Below, piece after piece: positions 42,046 through 50,356 of a stretch of 64,000 nucleotides of DNA; position 1 is the stretch's first letter; each line of letters begins with the position of its first letter. The notes below the pieces were generated by a model. That model had not been told where the DNA came from and did no database searches. It worked only from the letters and a program-made list of their open reading frames with translations. The position numbers and the translations under genes are program-made. The DNA lies in NCBI GenBank assembly GCA_963783375.1, contig CAWANH010000029.1:1280001-1344000 (forward strand). Direction: 5' to 3'. Origin of the DNA: Candidatus Eiseniibacteriota bacterium (GTDB taxonomy: Bacteria > Eisenbacteria > RBG-16-71-46 > JABDJR01).

Positions 42046-42408
42046 CTAACGGACGTGGTAACCAAAGATGCGAGTACCGAAGACCGCGAGCAGCCAACCG
42101 ATCAGCTGTCCGAAGGGACTGCCGGGGACCGTCGGAGGCGCTGGGGGGTTGATTCTGCCGAACCCCACGCCGAACTGGCCGTCGATCTGGAACGTGTCGG
42201 GATCTGCATCGAGGCCGCCGGAATCGCCCGTCCCACCGTGGTCGCCGGTGGGCCCGGGAGGATTCTGTCCCACCAGGAACTCCCCCATGGGGCCGGGGTC
42301 GTTGTCGTTGGCCTGGACGGCGGGAACGGCAGGCAGCAACACCCACAACACGAGTGCCGTCGCCACCGCGAGGAGGGCGGGCCCGTGGGATGTGTGATTG
42401 CGTTTCAT
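42046..42408 (-). CDS. Small secreted Gly/Pro/Asp-rich protein (candidate signalling-peptide precursor)
   Basis: GAGG RBS; signal peptide MKRN...PAVQA; low-complexity middle with DADPDTFQI; hydrophobic C-terminus; 120 aa. Confidence 0.75.
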   Translation of the reverse strand: MKRNHTSHGPALLAVATALVLWVLLPAVPAVQANDNDPGPMGEFLVGQNPPGPTGDHGGTGDSGGLDADPDTFQIDGQFGVGFGRINPPAPPTVPGSPFGQLIGWLLAVFGTRIFGYHVR

Positions 42409-42460
42409 TGCGTCACCTCGCTCATCGGGTGTACATGGAAACCTTGTCACCATTACCAAA

Positions 42461-42476
42461 CGCACGTCCCATGCCA
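42461..42476 (-). promoter_or_regulatory. Putative sigma54 promoter (proximal)
   Basis: TGGCATGGGACGTGCG has GG-N10-GC spacing and lies about 53 nt upstream of the ATG at 42408. Confidence 0.65.
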
Positions 42477-42511
42477 TCCCACACGATTCCGTCCCGAATT
42501 CCCAAACACCG

Positions 42512-42654
42512 TAACTGTTTGAAAACTTGGGAGGTAGCCGGCAGGTTCCTCCCGGAGCCTCCGATTCTCTGAACGACAGTATAGCCGCCCCACCGGCTCG
42601 CCGCTACCCACCTGAAGGCGGATTTGAACTAACCTATTGAAATACAACAAGTTA
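42512..42654. promoter_or_regulatory. IHF-like sites in an AT-rich control region
   Basis: Minus-strand TTTCAAACAGTTA (42512-42524) and TTTCAATAGGTTA (42630-42642), each one mismatch from WATCAANNNNTTR; plus-strand ATACAACAAGTTA (42642-42654). Confidence 0.55.
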
Positions 42655-42691
42655 AATATGGTAACCAAGTACCCACCCCAGGGCCGGATTG

Positions 42692-42707
42692 TGCAACCGC
42701 ATTGCCA
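42692..42707 (-). promoter_or_regulatory. Putative sigma54 promoter (distal)
   Basis: TGGCAATGCGGTTGCA, a near-perfect match to TGGCAC-N5-TTGCW. Confidence 0.7.
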
Positions 42708-42973
42708 GGCCTGACGTCGGGGGCGAGCCCCGGTCCCCGGCTTTCACGATCGCTTTCACATTGACCTAAATCGTTGTGTTTGCTATGATTTGCCTGCTTT
42801 ACTCCCACTGCCACGCCCGGTCCGATCGTCGAGAAAAATCGCCCAGGACCGGTCGGCGACCAGTCTGAAGGCGAAGGCGGCCACGAGCAGGCCGGCATCC
42901 AGGGCAACCGCATCTTGAGACGCAACAGGCTCGACCTGCCCCCCCCGGCCGGAGCAGGCGTGGACCGGGGAGC

Positions 42974-44347
42974 ATGAAACAGCGCGCCATTCCCTTCCGA
43001 GAGCTGCTGCAGCAGGTCCTTCCCCTGGACCGGCTGCCGGCGGCGGACCGCGCCCGTGTGGAAGCAGCCATCCGGGAAGGGGATCCGCGCACCCTGGAGG
43101 CGCTGGCCTTCGAGCTCCTCGACCGCCTCGTCGACCTCGGCCATCTCCGCCTGGTGGAGGAGGTGCTCCGGGGGGATGAGAAGATCCGCCGCTACCGGGA
43201 TCTCACCACCGGCAACACCATCGCCCTGAGGCTCCCGGTGGGCGACGAGGACGAGGGGATCCACAAGATCCCGCTCCCGCTCCGGGACTGGAAGGGGGCG
43301 GCGTCCCTCGACCAGATCCGCACTCTCTTCAACCTGTACAACAAGATCCTGACCCAGGACTCCCATCTCCTTCGCGGGCCCAGGGACATCCTGCGCCAGG
43401 TCATGCTCACCGTGCGACAGATCCTCGGGTGCGAGCGCGTCACCTTCTGGATGGCGGGAAAGAGCCCTGAGGGAGGCCTCCCCCTGGAGAACCTGAACGG
43501 GGAGCCCTACGACCCGGATCTGGCCCGGGAATGGGTGCTCACCCGGCGCTACCTGGTGGTCCTTCCCGAGCTTCCCGCCCAGATCGACCCCAGCACCGGA
43601 CGTCTGGAAACCGACTTTCACTCCCTGGCCATGATCCCGGTGGGTGAATCCGATCAGGCGGTCTACGGGGTCCTCCACGCCTGGAGCGTCCATTCCCACT
43701 TCTTCGACGAGGATCGCCAGGGACTGATGAGCCTGCTCTCGGAGTTCGCCACCGACCTCCTCCGCCGCTCCGAGATCCTGGGCAACCTGGTGTTCGTCGA
43801 CGCCTCGACCCAGGTCTACAACCGGGCCTACTTCAACCTCCAGCTCGACAACGAGATCGCCCGCGCCCGCCGGGATTCGAAGCCGCTGGCCCTGGCCATC
43901 GTGGACATCGACGACTTCAAGTCCTTCAACAGCCGCTACGGCTACGAAGGGGGGAACCAGGTCCTGGCCAACACCGCCCAGGTCCTGAAGAACGGCCTCC
44001 GCCCCTTCGATTCGGTGGCCCGCTGGGGCGGGGAGGAGTTCGCGCTCATCCTGACCCCGCCGGTCACCCCGGAGGATGCCCTGGCGGTGTGCGAGCGACT
44101 GCGCCGGGCGACCGAACTCTCCCACTTCAGCATTACCGGGCTCGAGGGCCAGTCGGTGGCCAGTCGCATCACGGTGAGCATCGGAGGCGCGGTCTACCCG
44201 CAGGACGGCGCCTCGGCGGGTTCGCTGTGGAGGGCGGCCAACGCGGCTCTCGTCCACGCCAAGCGCACCGGCAAGAACCGGGTCGTGTTCGCCTCGGACC
44301 TCCCCCCGGACGCCGAAGCGGGCCCGGAGCGCGAGCGGCGCGGCTAG
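42974..44347 (+). CDS. GAF-like + GGDEF diguanylate cyclase
   Basis: DASTQVYNR, DIDDFKSFN, I-site RPFD and ARWGGEEF. Confidence 0.92.
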   Translation: MKQRAIPFRELLQQVLPLDRLPAADRARVEAAIREGDPRTLEALAFELLDRLVDLGHLRLVEEVLRGDEKIRRYRDLTTGNTIALRLPVGDEDEGIHKIPLPLRDWKGAASLDQIRTLFNLYNKILTQDSHLLRGPRDILRQVMLTVRQILGCERVTFWMAGKSPEGGLPLENLNGEPYDPDLAREWVLTRRYLVVLPELPAQIDPSTGRLETDFHSLAMIPVGESDQAVYGVLHAWSVHSHFFDEDRQGLMSLLSEFATDLLRRSEILGNLVFVDASTQVYNRAYFNLQLDNEIARARRDSKPLALAIVDIDDFKSFNSRYGYEGGNQVLANTAQVLKNGLRPFDSVARWGGEEFALILTPPVTPEDALAVCERLRRATELSHFSITGLEGQSVASRITVSIGGAVYPQDGASAGSLWRAANAALVHAKRTGKNRVVFASDLPPDAEAGPERERRG

Positions 44348-44430
44348 CCCGATCCGACGCCCATCTTCTCCCCCTCGCAACACGCCTTCGTGATTCGGAC
44401 GGGCTGGGCCCCCGGTCCCCATACCACCCC

Positions 44431-44460
44431 AAAAAGCGGGGCCCGGCGAACCCGGGCCCC
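44431..44460 (-). terminator. Intrinsic terminator downstream of HU
   Basis: Minus strand GGGGCCCGG-GTTCG-CCGGGCCCC-GCTTTTT. Confidence 0.8.
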
Positions 44461-44500
44461 AATCACTATGGAATCAGTACTCTATGCGGTGGAAAGGATC

Positions 44501-44767
44501 TCAGAGGCTGGTCTTGTAGGCCTTTCCGGGACGGAAACGGACGCTCTTCGAGGCCTTGATCTTGATCGCCTCGCCCGTCTTGGGGTTCCGGCCGATCCGG
44601 GCCTTGCGGTTGGAAACGCTGAAGGAGCCGAAACCGGCCAGGCTGACCCCGCCCTTCTTGGTCCCGCGCTTGATCGCGTCCAGGGTGGCGTCGACCGCCG
44701 CGGAGGCGTCCTTCTTGGTGAGCTGGGTCTTCTTGGCGACGGATTCGATGAGCTCTTGCTTGTTCAC
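44501..44767 (-). CDS. hup: DNA-binding protein HU
   Basis: (M)NKQELIE...GFGSF...RKARIGRNPKTGE..I; GGAGG RBS before the GTG. Confidence 0.95.
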   Translation of the reverse strand: MNKQELIESVAKKTQLTKKDASAAVDATLDAIKRGTKKGGVSLAGFGSFSVSNRKARIGRNPKTGEAIKIKASKSVRFRPGKAYKTSL

Positions 44768-44819
44768 GGTGGTGCCCTCCATTGGTACCGCTGACGCGCG
44801 TCATTGCGCGTCAACCGGA

Positions 44820-44848
44820 CTCATATCACCGTGGTATAAGTCCGTCAA
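44820..44848 (-). promoter_or_regulatory. Putative sigma70 promoter of HU
   Basis: TTGACG-17 nt-TATGAG. Confidence 0.5.
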
Positions 44849-45026
44849 CGGAAAAAGGCGCCAATGGAGTTGATTTTCCGGGGAAATGCGGACCCGCGGC
44901 GGCGGATCCTTCGGCGCGGCGGGAGTTCCCCGGACCGGGGGGCGGGGAATCCTTGCCCGCCGGGAGCTTCCCGCCCTCCGGATCGGGAATCCGACCCGGG
45001 GCGGGGTCCGGACCGGTCCCGAGGGT

Positions 45027-48000
45027 TCAGCGAGCCACCGCCACCCGCTCCAAGTGCTTGATTTCTTTTCCGTTACCGCCGTGGGCGTCGAACATGAGCA
45101 GGTACACGCCGTTGGCCACCCGGTCCCCCCCTTCGTCGCGGAGGTCCCAGGCGAAGGCGTTGGTCCCGGCGAGGGAGGGTACCGGGGTCCTGAGAACCCG
45201 CCGGCCGGCCACGGTGTAGATGGTCACCCGGGCGTCCCGGGCGCTTTGATTCAGGGTGTAGACGAACCGGCCCCCTCCCCCGTCGGCCGGGTTGGGGTAG
45301 AAGAACGAGTTCAGGAGGTCGAACCCCTCTCCGGAGACCTGGAACTTGACCGATCGGGTCACCGCGCCCCCCACCTCGTCGGTCACCCGAAGCTCGGCGG
45401 CATGCAGGCCGGAGCCCCAGGTACGCTGGAGATCCAGCGTCCACTGCCTTCCCTCGGCGTCGAGCTTGGTCATGACGGGCTCGACGGAGGCCCCGTCTAC
45501 CACCAGGGCGATGGCCCCCTGGGCGAGGGGCACCGGGCTGGTAATCCGGGCCTGGATGACCGCGGTGGAGTCCACCAGGTCGGCTCCGGAGGAGCTTAGC
45601 TTCTTCCCGTCCGCGCTGAACTCGGTCTGGAACTGAACGGGGAGGGTGAATCGACTGATTCGCCCGGACCAGTCGGTGGCCTCGATGGCCACGTCGTAGG
45701 TGCCCAACCGCAGCGCGGTCTTGAACTGGACCTGGTAGGTCTGGGCCCCCTCCGCCCCGGCGTCCGGAGGCACCACCGTCACCCGGCCCGGCGGGACCTC
45801 GGTTTCCCCCTCGGTGACCCGAATCGTGGAGACGTCCACGTCGTCCGAGATCGCCGCGGACACCAGGATCGAATCCTGGAAGGAAGCGGCGGCGAGGGGA
45901 GTGCCGTCGGCCACCTGGGAGCCGTTCACCTCGACCCGGAGGTCGGCGGCGGCGATGTCCACCAAGAGAGCGGGATCTCCCAGGGTCACGTAGGTGCGGA
46001 GCATCTCCGCCCAGTGGGAGGTCATCCCGTGCTCCAGCGCGTTGGCCACGAAGGCGCGGGTCATGCAATCGCCCAGGATCCGCCGCGGACGGCCGGTGGC
46101 CGGGTCCCGGGGAAGGTCCCAGAACAGGGCCCGCGTGGTGTACGACTGGGCGTCGGGATTGGTGAGCAGCAGTTCGTAGGCGGTCGAGGCCACGGTGGCC
46201 ACCGCGCCCCGGTTGGGGGCCAGGAGCAGGGACTCCCCGATTGATTCTCCCCCCACTCCCCCGTTGGACCCCTCGTTCGCGTTCTCGAATTCGGCCAGGT
46301 GGCAGGCGTAGCCGAAGAAGAGGAACGGTTTGCCCAGGTTGTTGATCCGGTCCACGTCCCGCACCGAGAGCCGGGGATAGTTCTGGAACGTGGTCTCGGT
46401 GGTGATGATGTTGCGGTTGGCGTGTCCGGTGAACTCCCACACCAGACTCCCCCGGCTCACCTGGTCGACCAGGGCCGGGGTGACGTGGGACCGAACCCAG
46501 GGAATGGTCTCGGTCAGAAGACTCTTGCCGTCACGGCTGGGGCAATTGCCCACGATCCCGGGACGGCGGCCGAGAGACGCGACGGTGTCCACGTAGGCGT
46601 TCAGATAGAACGGGACGCACTGGAAGTCCATGAGCCCGCTTCGACCGGGGATGGAATCGCACATCGCCTCGGTGGTGGACCGGAAGACGACCTCGTCCGG
46701 CTTCCAGCAGTACCCCGAGTTGAAGGTGATGCTGGTCGAGTACTGGTCGTCGGCGAAGAAGACGCCGCGTTTCCGCCAGTCGTCGGTGGGTTGGGCGTTC
46801 TCGAAGGCGAGGATCTTCTCCACCATCCGGTTCACCTCGTCCACGCTTCCCACCGGGAGCCGGCCCACGTGCATCTCCGGGAGCACGTCCAGCTCGTCGT
46901 CCCCGGGGCGGAGCGCCGCCACGTACCAGTTGTCGGTCCCGGCCAGCTCCCGCCCTCCGGGGCCGGGCACGTGGCCGAAGTGCATCATGGTCGGCACCCA
47001 GTCCGGATCCGAAGTGGCCAGATCGTGCCGGTAGTCCTCGCTGGCGTCGCCGCCCAGCATGAGGTAGCTCGGGGCGGGGTCCCAGTTGCGGTAGGCCTGG
47101 GTGAGGAAGCGCCGGATGGCCCAGGGGGTCTTGTCGCCTCCCGAAAACTCGTCGTACACCTCCAGCACGTCGCAGAGGAGCACCTGGTGCCCCTGGGATT
47201 CCCGGTGCTGGACGAGCGGGGCCCAGGCGTCCCGGAACCCGGGTTGGGTCAGGAGCACGTAGTCGCTTCCCCGACCGGCGACCAGGAGGTCGCGGGTGAG
47301 CCCGGAGGCGATGGCCGTGGTGCCGAGATCGGGGGGCAGCGGATGCTCCGAGGGCGGAAGTCCGGTGATCCGGCTGGGGTCGAGGGCCACGAACGTGCGC
47401 CGGCTCCCGGTTCCCACGATCCGGATGGTGGCCGCATATCCGCCCTCCGAGGCCTCGACGTGGGGGGTGAGCCATACCGGGTTGGCCGGGTCGGTGATCT
47501 CCAGGACCTTGACGTCGGGGGTGGTGAACCCGGTCACCCGGAACTCGAGATTCCCGGTCAGGGACCAGTTGTTGAACACCAGCCGGTCGTCGTGGGCGCG
47601 GAGGAGCCGGCTGTAGTTCAGGTCGAACCAGTCGAATTCCGACCCGCTCAGGTTGGTGGAGAACGGCGTCCGGCCCAGGATGTGAACCTGATTCGTGCCG
47701 TCCACCAGACACCCGTTGATGGGCCGCGCGCCCGAATGCCAGGTGAACGTCTCCTGCTTCTTGAAGTGATAGTCCTCGAGGAGGGCGCAGTTGTTCATCT
47801 TGAAGGACACGACGTGGGTGTCCGCGGGGGCCACGGTGTAGACCCCCTGCCAGAGGGCATCCACCTGGAACATCCCGGCCGGGTCGGGGTCGTGGAGAAC
47901 GATGGACACGGTCTCGTTCACCTGGCGGGGATCGAACCAGTAGAGGGCGGACTTGGCCGGGTAGATCGAATTCCCGTCCTGGGGGGGATTGTTGAGGTAG

Positions 48001-49214
48001 TTCAGGTCCTTCTCGTAGTGCGTGTCCTGGGGGAACGAGGTGACCGGGGTCCATTCCCCATCCGCCGGATAGCCGTCCGCGCTCGGGATGTCCCGCCCCC
48101 CTTCATCCGACGCGGTAACCCAGTAGGTATGGAAGTACGAGTAGCGGCCGTCGGTGGGCTGGGGATGGAAACGATCCCGGTAGTTGAACCCGTAGAACTC
48201 CAGGAAGTCGCCGTCGTCGAACACCCCGTTGCCATTGGCGTCATCGATCGCCCGGGGAAGGTTGGTCACCAGGAACGGGTTGGCGCGGTTGGAGTCGTAG
48301 CCCCGTTCCTCCACCCGCACCCTGCCTACCGCCTGGTCCGCGGGGAATCCTTCCGAGGCCAGGTCGGCGTAGGGGATGCGGCTGAATCCGGTGGCGCCGA
48401 AACGAACCCGAACGAACGGCTGACCCTCGGGAAAGGCGCGGGGAACGCTCTGGGGCGCGGCCTGGGTCCGAAACCCGCCGGCCGAGGCCCCGTTCACCAG
48501 GACCTTGTCCTGGAGCTCCTCCCAGCCCGGAGCATCGGGGCCGGCGGGAACCGTCCGCACCACGCCCGGCTTGGCGCTCGGCGCCTCGCCGCGGCGATCG
48601 AAGGAGACCGTGACCTCGATCTGGGTGGCCACCCGGTATTCACCGGTGGCCGGGATCACCTGGACCGGGCTCACCGACACCACCGAGACCCGCTGGTGCC
48701 GCCAGCCCGCGGTCGGGCCCAGCTCGGCCACCTCGGGCGGGAACCAGCCGGCGGACCGGTAGACGGCAGGATCGGGGGTGTAGGTGTCCACCTCGGTGGG
48801 AAACGGATCGCCGTAGACGAACCGGGACCGGGGGACGGGAACCGGGGCCGACCCGTGAAAGGCGGTGCTGGCGATCACCCGGGTGGAAATCCGGGCGACG
48901 GCGCCCTCGGGGAGCGCAAACGGGAAACCGCGGCGGGGCAGGTTCGGGAGTCCGGCGTCCTCGCCACCCCGTCCGCCGTAGCCGGGGATCGTCACCGAGA
49001 GGTAGGTTCCCCCTTCCGGGAGGTCCACCGGCGCGGTGGTGGGCGGGGGCACGGTGACGCGGAGAGTGAAGCCGTCGGGGCCCTGGCGGGTCAGCTCCGA
49101 CCGTCCCGAGGTCGCAGGAGCGGGCGGAGCCGGAGCCTCGGCGGCCGGGACCGCGGCGGCGAAGACCATGAGGGCCACGGCCGATAACACGAACGAGGGC
49201 ATAGCCAGACGCAT
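45027..49214 (-). CDS. C25 (gingipain) family peptidase, PorU-like, with propeptide and C-terminal FlgD-Ig domain
   Basis: Signal peptide; C25 propeptide-like region; VYDEFSGG, YLMLGGDAS, MHVGRLP, FTGH and YACH (His/Cys dyad), LGDPAL; C-terminal YPNP...WDLRDEGGDRVANGVY. Confidence 0.88.
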   Translation of the reverse strand: MRLAMPSFVLSAVALMVFAAAVPAAEAPAPPAPATSGRSELTRQGPDGFTLRVTVPPPTTAPVDLPEGGTYLSVTIPGYGGRGGEDAGLPNLPRRGFPFALPEGAVARISTRVIASTAFHGSAPVPVPRSRFVYGDPFPTEVDTYTPDPAVYRSAGWFPPEVAELGPTAGWRHQRVSVVSVSPVQVIPATGEYRVATQIEVTVSFDRRGEAPSAKPGVVRTVPAGPDAPGWEELQDKVLVNGASAGGFRTQAAPQSVPRAFPEGQPFVRVRFGATGFSRIPYADLASEGFPADQAVGRVRVEERGYDSNRANPFLVTNLPRAIDDANGNGVFDDGDFLEFYGFNYRDRFHPQPTDGRYSYFHTYWVTASDEGGRDIPSADGYPADGEWTPVTSFPQDTHYEKDLNYLNNPPQDGNSIYPAKSALYWFDPRQVNETVSIVLHDPDPAGMFQVDALWQGVYTVAPADTHVVSFKMNNCALLEDYHFKKQETFTWHSGARPINGCLVDGTNQVHILGRTPFSTNLSGSEFDWFDLNYSRLLRAHDDRLVFNNWSLTGNLEFRVTGFTTPDVKVLEITDPANPVWLTPHVEASEGGYAATIRIVGTGSRRTFVALDPSRITGLPPSEHPLPPDLGTTAIASGLTRDLLVAGRGSDYVLLTQPGFRDAWAPLVQHRESQGHQVLLCDVLEVYDEFSGGDKTPWAIRRFLTQAYRNWDPAPSYLMLGGDASEDYRHDLATSDPDWVPTMMHFGHVPGPGGRELAGTDNWYVAALRPGDDELDVLPEMHVGRLPVGSVDEVNRMVEKILAFENAQPTDDWRKRGVFFADDQYSTSITFNSGYCWKPDEVVFRSTTEAMCDSIPGRSGLMDFQCVPFYLNAYVDTVASLGRRPGIVGNCPSRDGKSLLTETIPWVRSHVTPALVDQVSRGSLVWEFTGHANRNIITTETTFQNYPRLSVRDVDRINNLGKPFLFFGYACHLAEFENANEGSNGGVGGESIGESLLLAPNRGAVATVASTAYELLLTNPDAQSYTTRALFWDLPRDPATGRPRRILGDCMTRAFVANALEHGMTSHWAEMLRTYVTLGDPALLVDIAAADLRVEVNGSQVADGTPLAAASFQDSILVSAAISDDVDVSTIRVTEGETEVPPGRVTVVPPDAGAEGAQTYQVQFKTALRLGTYDVAIEATDWSGRISRFTLPVQFQTEFSADGKKLSSSGADLVDSTAVIQARITSPVPLAQGAIALVVDGASVEPVMTKLDAEGRQWTLDLQRTWGSGLHAAELRVTDEVGGAVTRSVKFQVSGEGFDLLNSFFYPNPADGGGGRFVYTLNQSARDARVTIYTVAGRRVLRTPVPSLAGTNAFAWDLRDEGGDRVANGVYLLMFDAHGGNGKEIKHLERVAVAR

Positions 49215-49380
49215 CCTTGGGCTTCCTCCCTGGGGTCCTGGGGCGTCGAAAAGAGTCGAAATCTTACACCCTGGGGCCGGTCCCGGGTTCCCGGGGTTGG
49301 GGGCGGGCTGGGCTGCGGCTTGACCCGGCCCTCCGGCCCTGGTAGCGTCTCGAATCCGCATCTGGGGAAACCACAGCGAC

Positions 49381-50307
49381 ATGGCCGAAACCGTCACCAC
49401 CTCCCCCGCCCGGTCCCGCCTGGGGCTGTACTGGGAACTCGCCCGCCCCTTCACCCTCCTCGCTCCCGCCCTCGGGATGCTCTCGGGAGGCATCGCCGGC
49501 GTCGGGGCGCGCCCGCCCCTTCCCCTCGGGCCGACCCTGTTCCTGAACCTGGCTCTCGGCACCCTCATGGCCGCGTCCCTGAACGCCGCCTCGAACACCC
49601 TGAACCAGATCTACGATCTCGAGGTGGATCGGGTCAACAAGCCGCGCCGTCCCCTGCCCAGCGGGCGGGTCTCGATCGCCGAGACGGGGGCGCTGACCCT
49701 GGTCCTCTTCATCTTCGCCCTCCTCCTGGCCTGGCTGGTGGACATCCAGTGCTTCATCCTCGCGTCGGCGGCCGCGATCCTCACCACCGCCTACTCCGTC
49801 CCCCCCCTGCGCACCAAGGCCCGGGGCGTCTGGGCCAACGTCACCATCGCCATCCCCCGGGGACTCCTCCTCAAGGTGGCCGGCTGGTCGTGCGTGCGCA
49901 CGGTGATCGCGCCGGAGCCGTGGTTCATCGGGATGATCTTCGGGCTCTTCCTCCTCGGGGCCAGCTCCACCAAGGACTTCGCCGACATCGCGGGCGACCG
50001 GGCGGGAGGGTGCCGGACCCTGCCCATCATCTACGGGGTCCGCCGCGCGGCCTGGATGATCGCCCCCTTCTTCGTCCTTCCCTTCCTCCTGATGCCGCTG
50101 GGCTCGATCCTTGGGATTCTCACCGGCAACCGGGCCGCCCTGACGTTTCTGGGCATCGGTCTCGCGGCGTGGGGAAGCTACGTGGTCTACCTGATCCTCC
50201 GCGACCCCGACGCGCTGGCCACCACCGAGAACCACCCGTCGTGGACCCACATGTACCTGATGATGCTCGCCGCCCAGATCGGGTTCGCGGTGGCCTACAT
50301 CCTGTGA
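49381..50307 (+). CDS. UbiA-family prenyltransferase (chlorophyll synthase / DGGGP synthase-like)
   Basis: ARPFTLL, NQIYDLEVDRVNKPRRPLPSG, YSVPPLRTK and KDFADIAGD. Confidence 0.9.
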   Translation: MAETVTTSPARSRLGLYWELARPFTLLAPALGMLSGGIAGVGARPPLPLGPTLFLNLALGTLMAASLNAASNTLNQIYDLEVDRVNKPRRPLPSGRVSIAETGALTLVLFIFALLLAWLVDIQCFILASAAAILTTAYSVPPLRTKARGVWANVTIAIPRGLLLKVAGWSCVRTVIAPEPWFIGMIFGLFLLGASSTKDFADIAGDRAGGCRTLPIIYGVRRAAWMIAPFFVLPFLLMPLGSILGILTGNRAALTFLGIGLAAWGSYVVYLILRDPDALATTENHPSWTHMYLMMLAAQIGFAVAYIL

Positions 50308-50356
50308 CCGCCCCCGCCCACCCTTCCCATCGCCCCCCGGAAAGGAGGTCCGTCAG

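Noticed and set aside
42630-42654. dif / Xer recombination site
   Set aside because: It lacks the XerD arm consensus (TTATGTTAAAT) with the correct spacer and fits paired IHF-like boxes better.
42453-42668. 71-aa ORF in the AT-rich intergenic region
   Set aside because: Atypical codon usage, no RBS, and it overlaps the promoter and IHF-like motifs.
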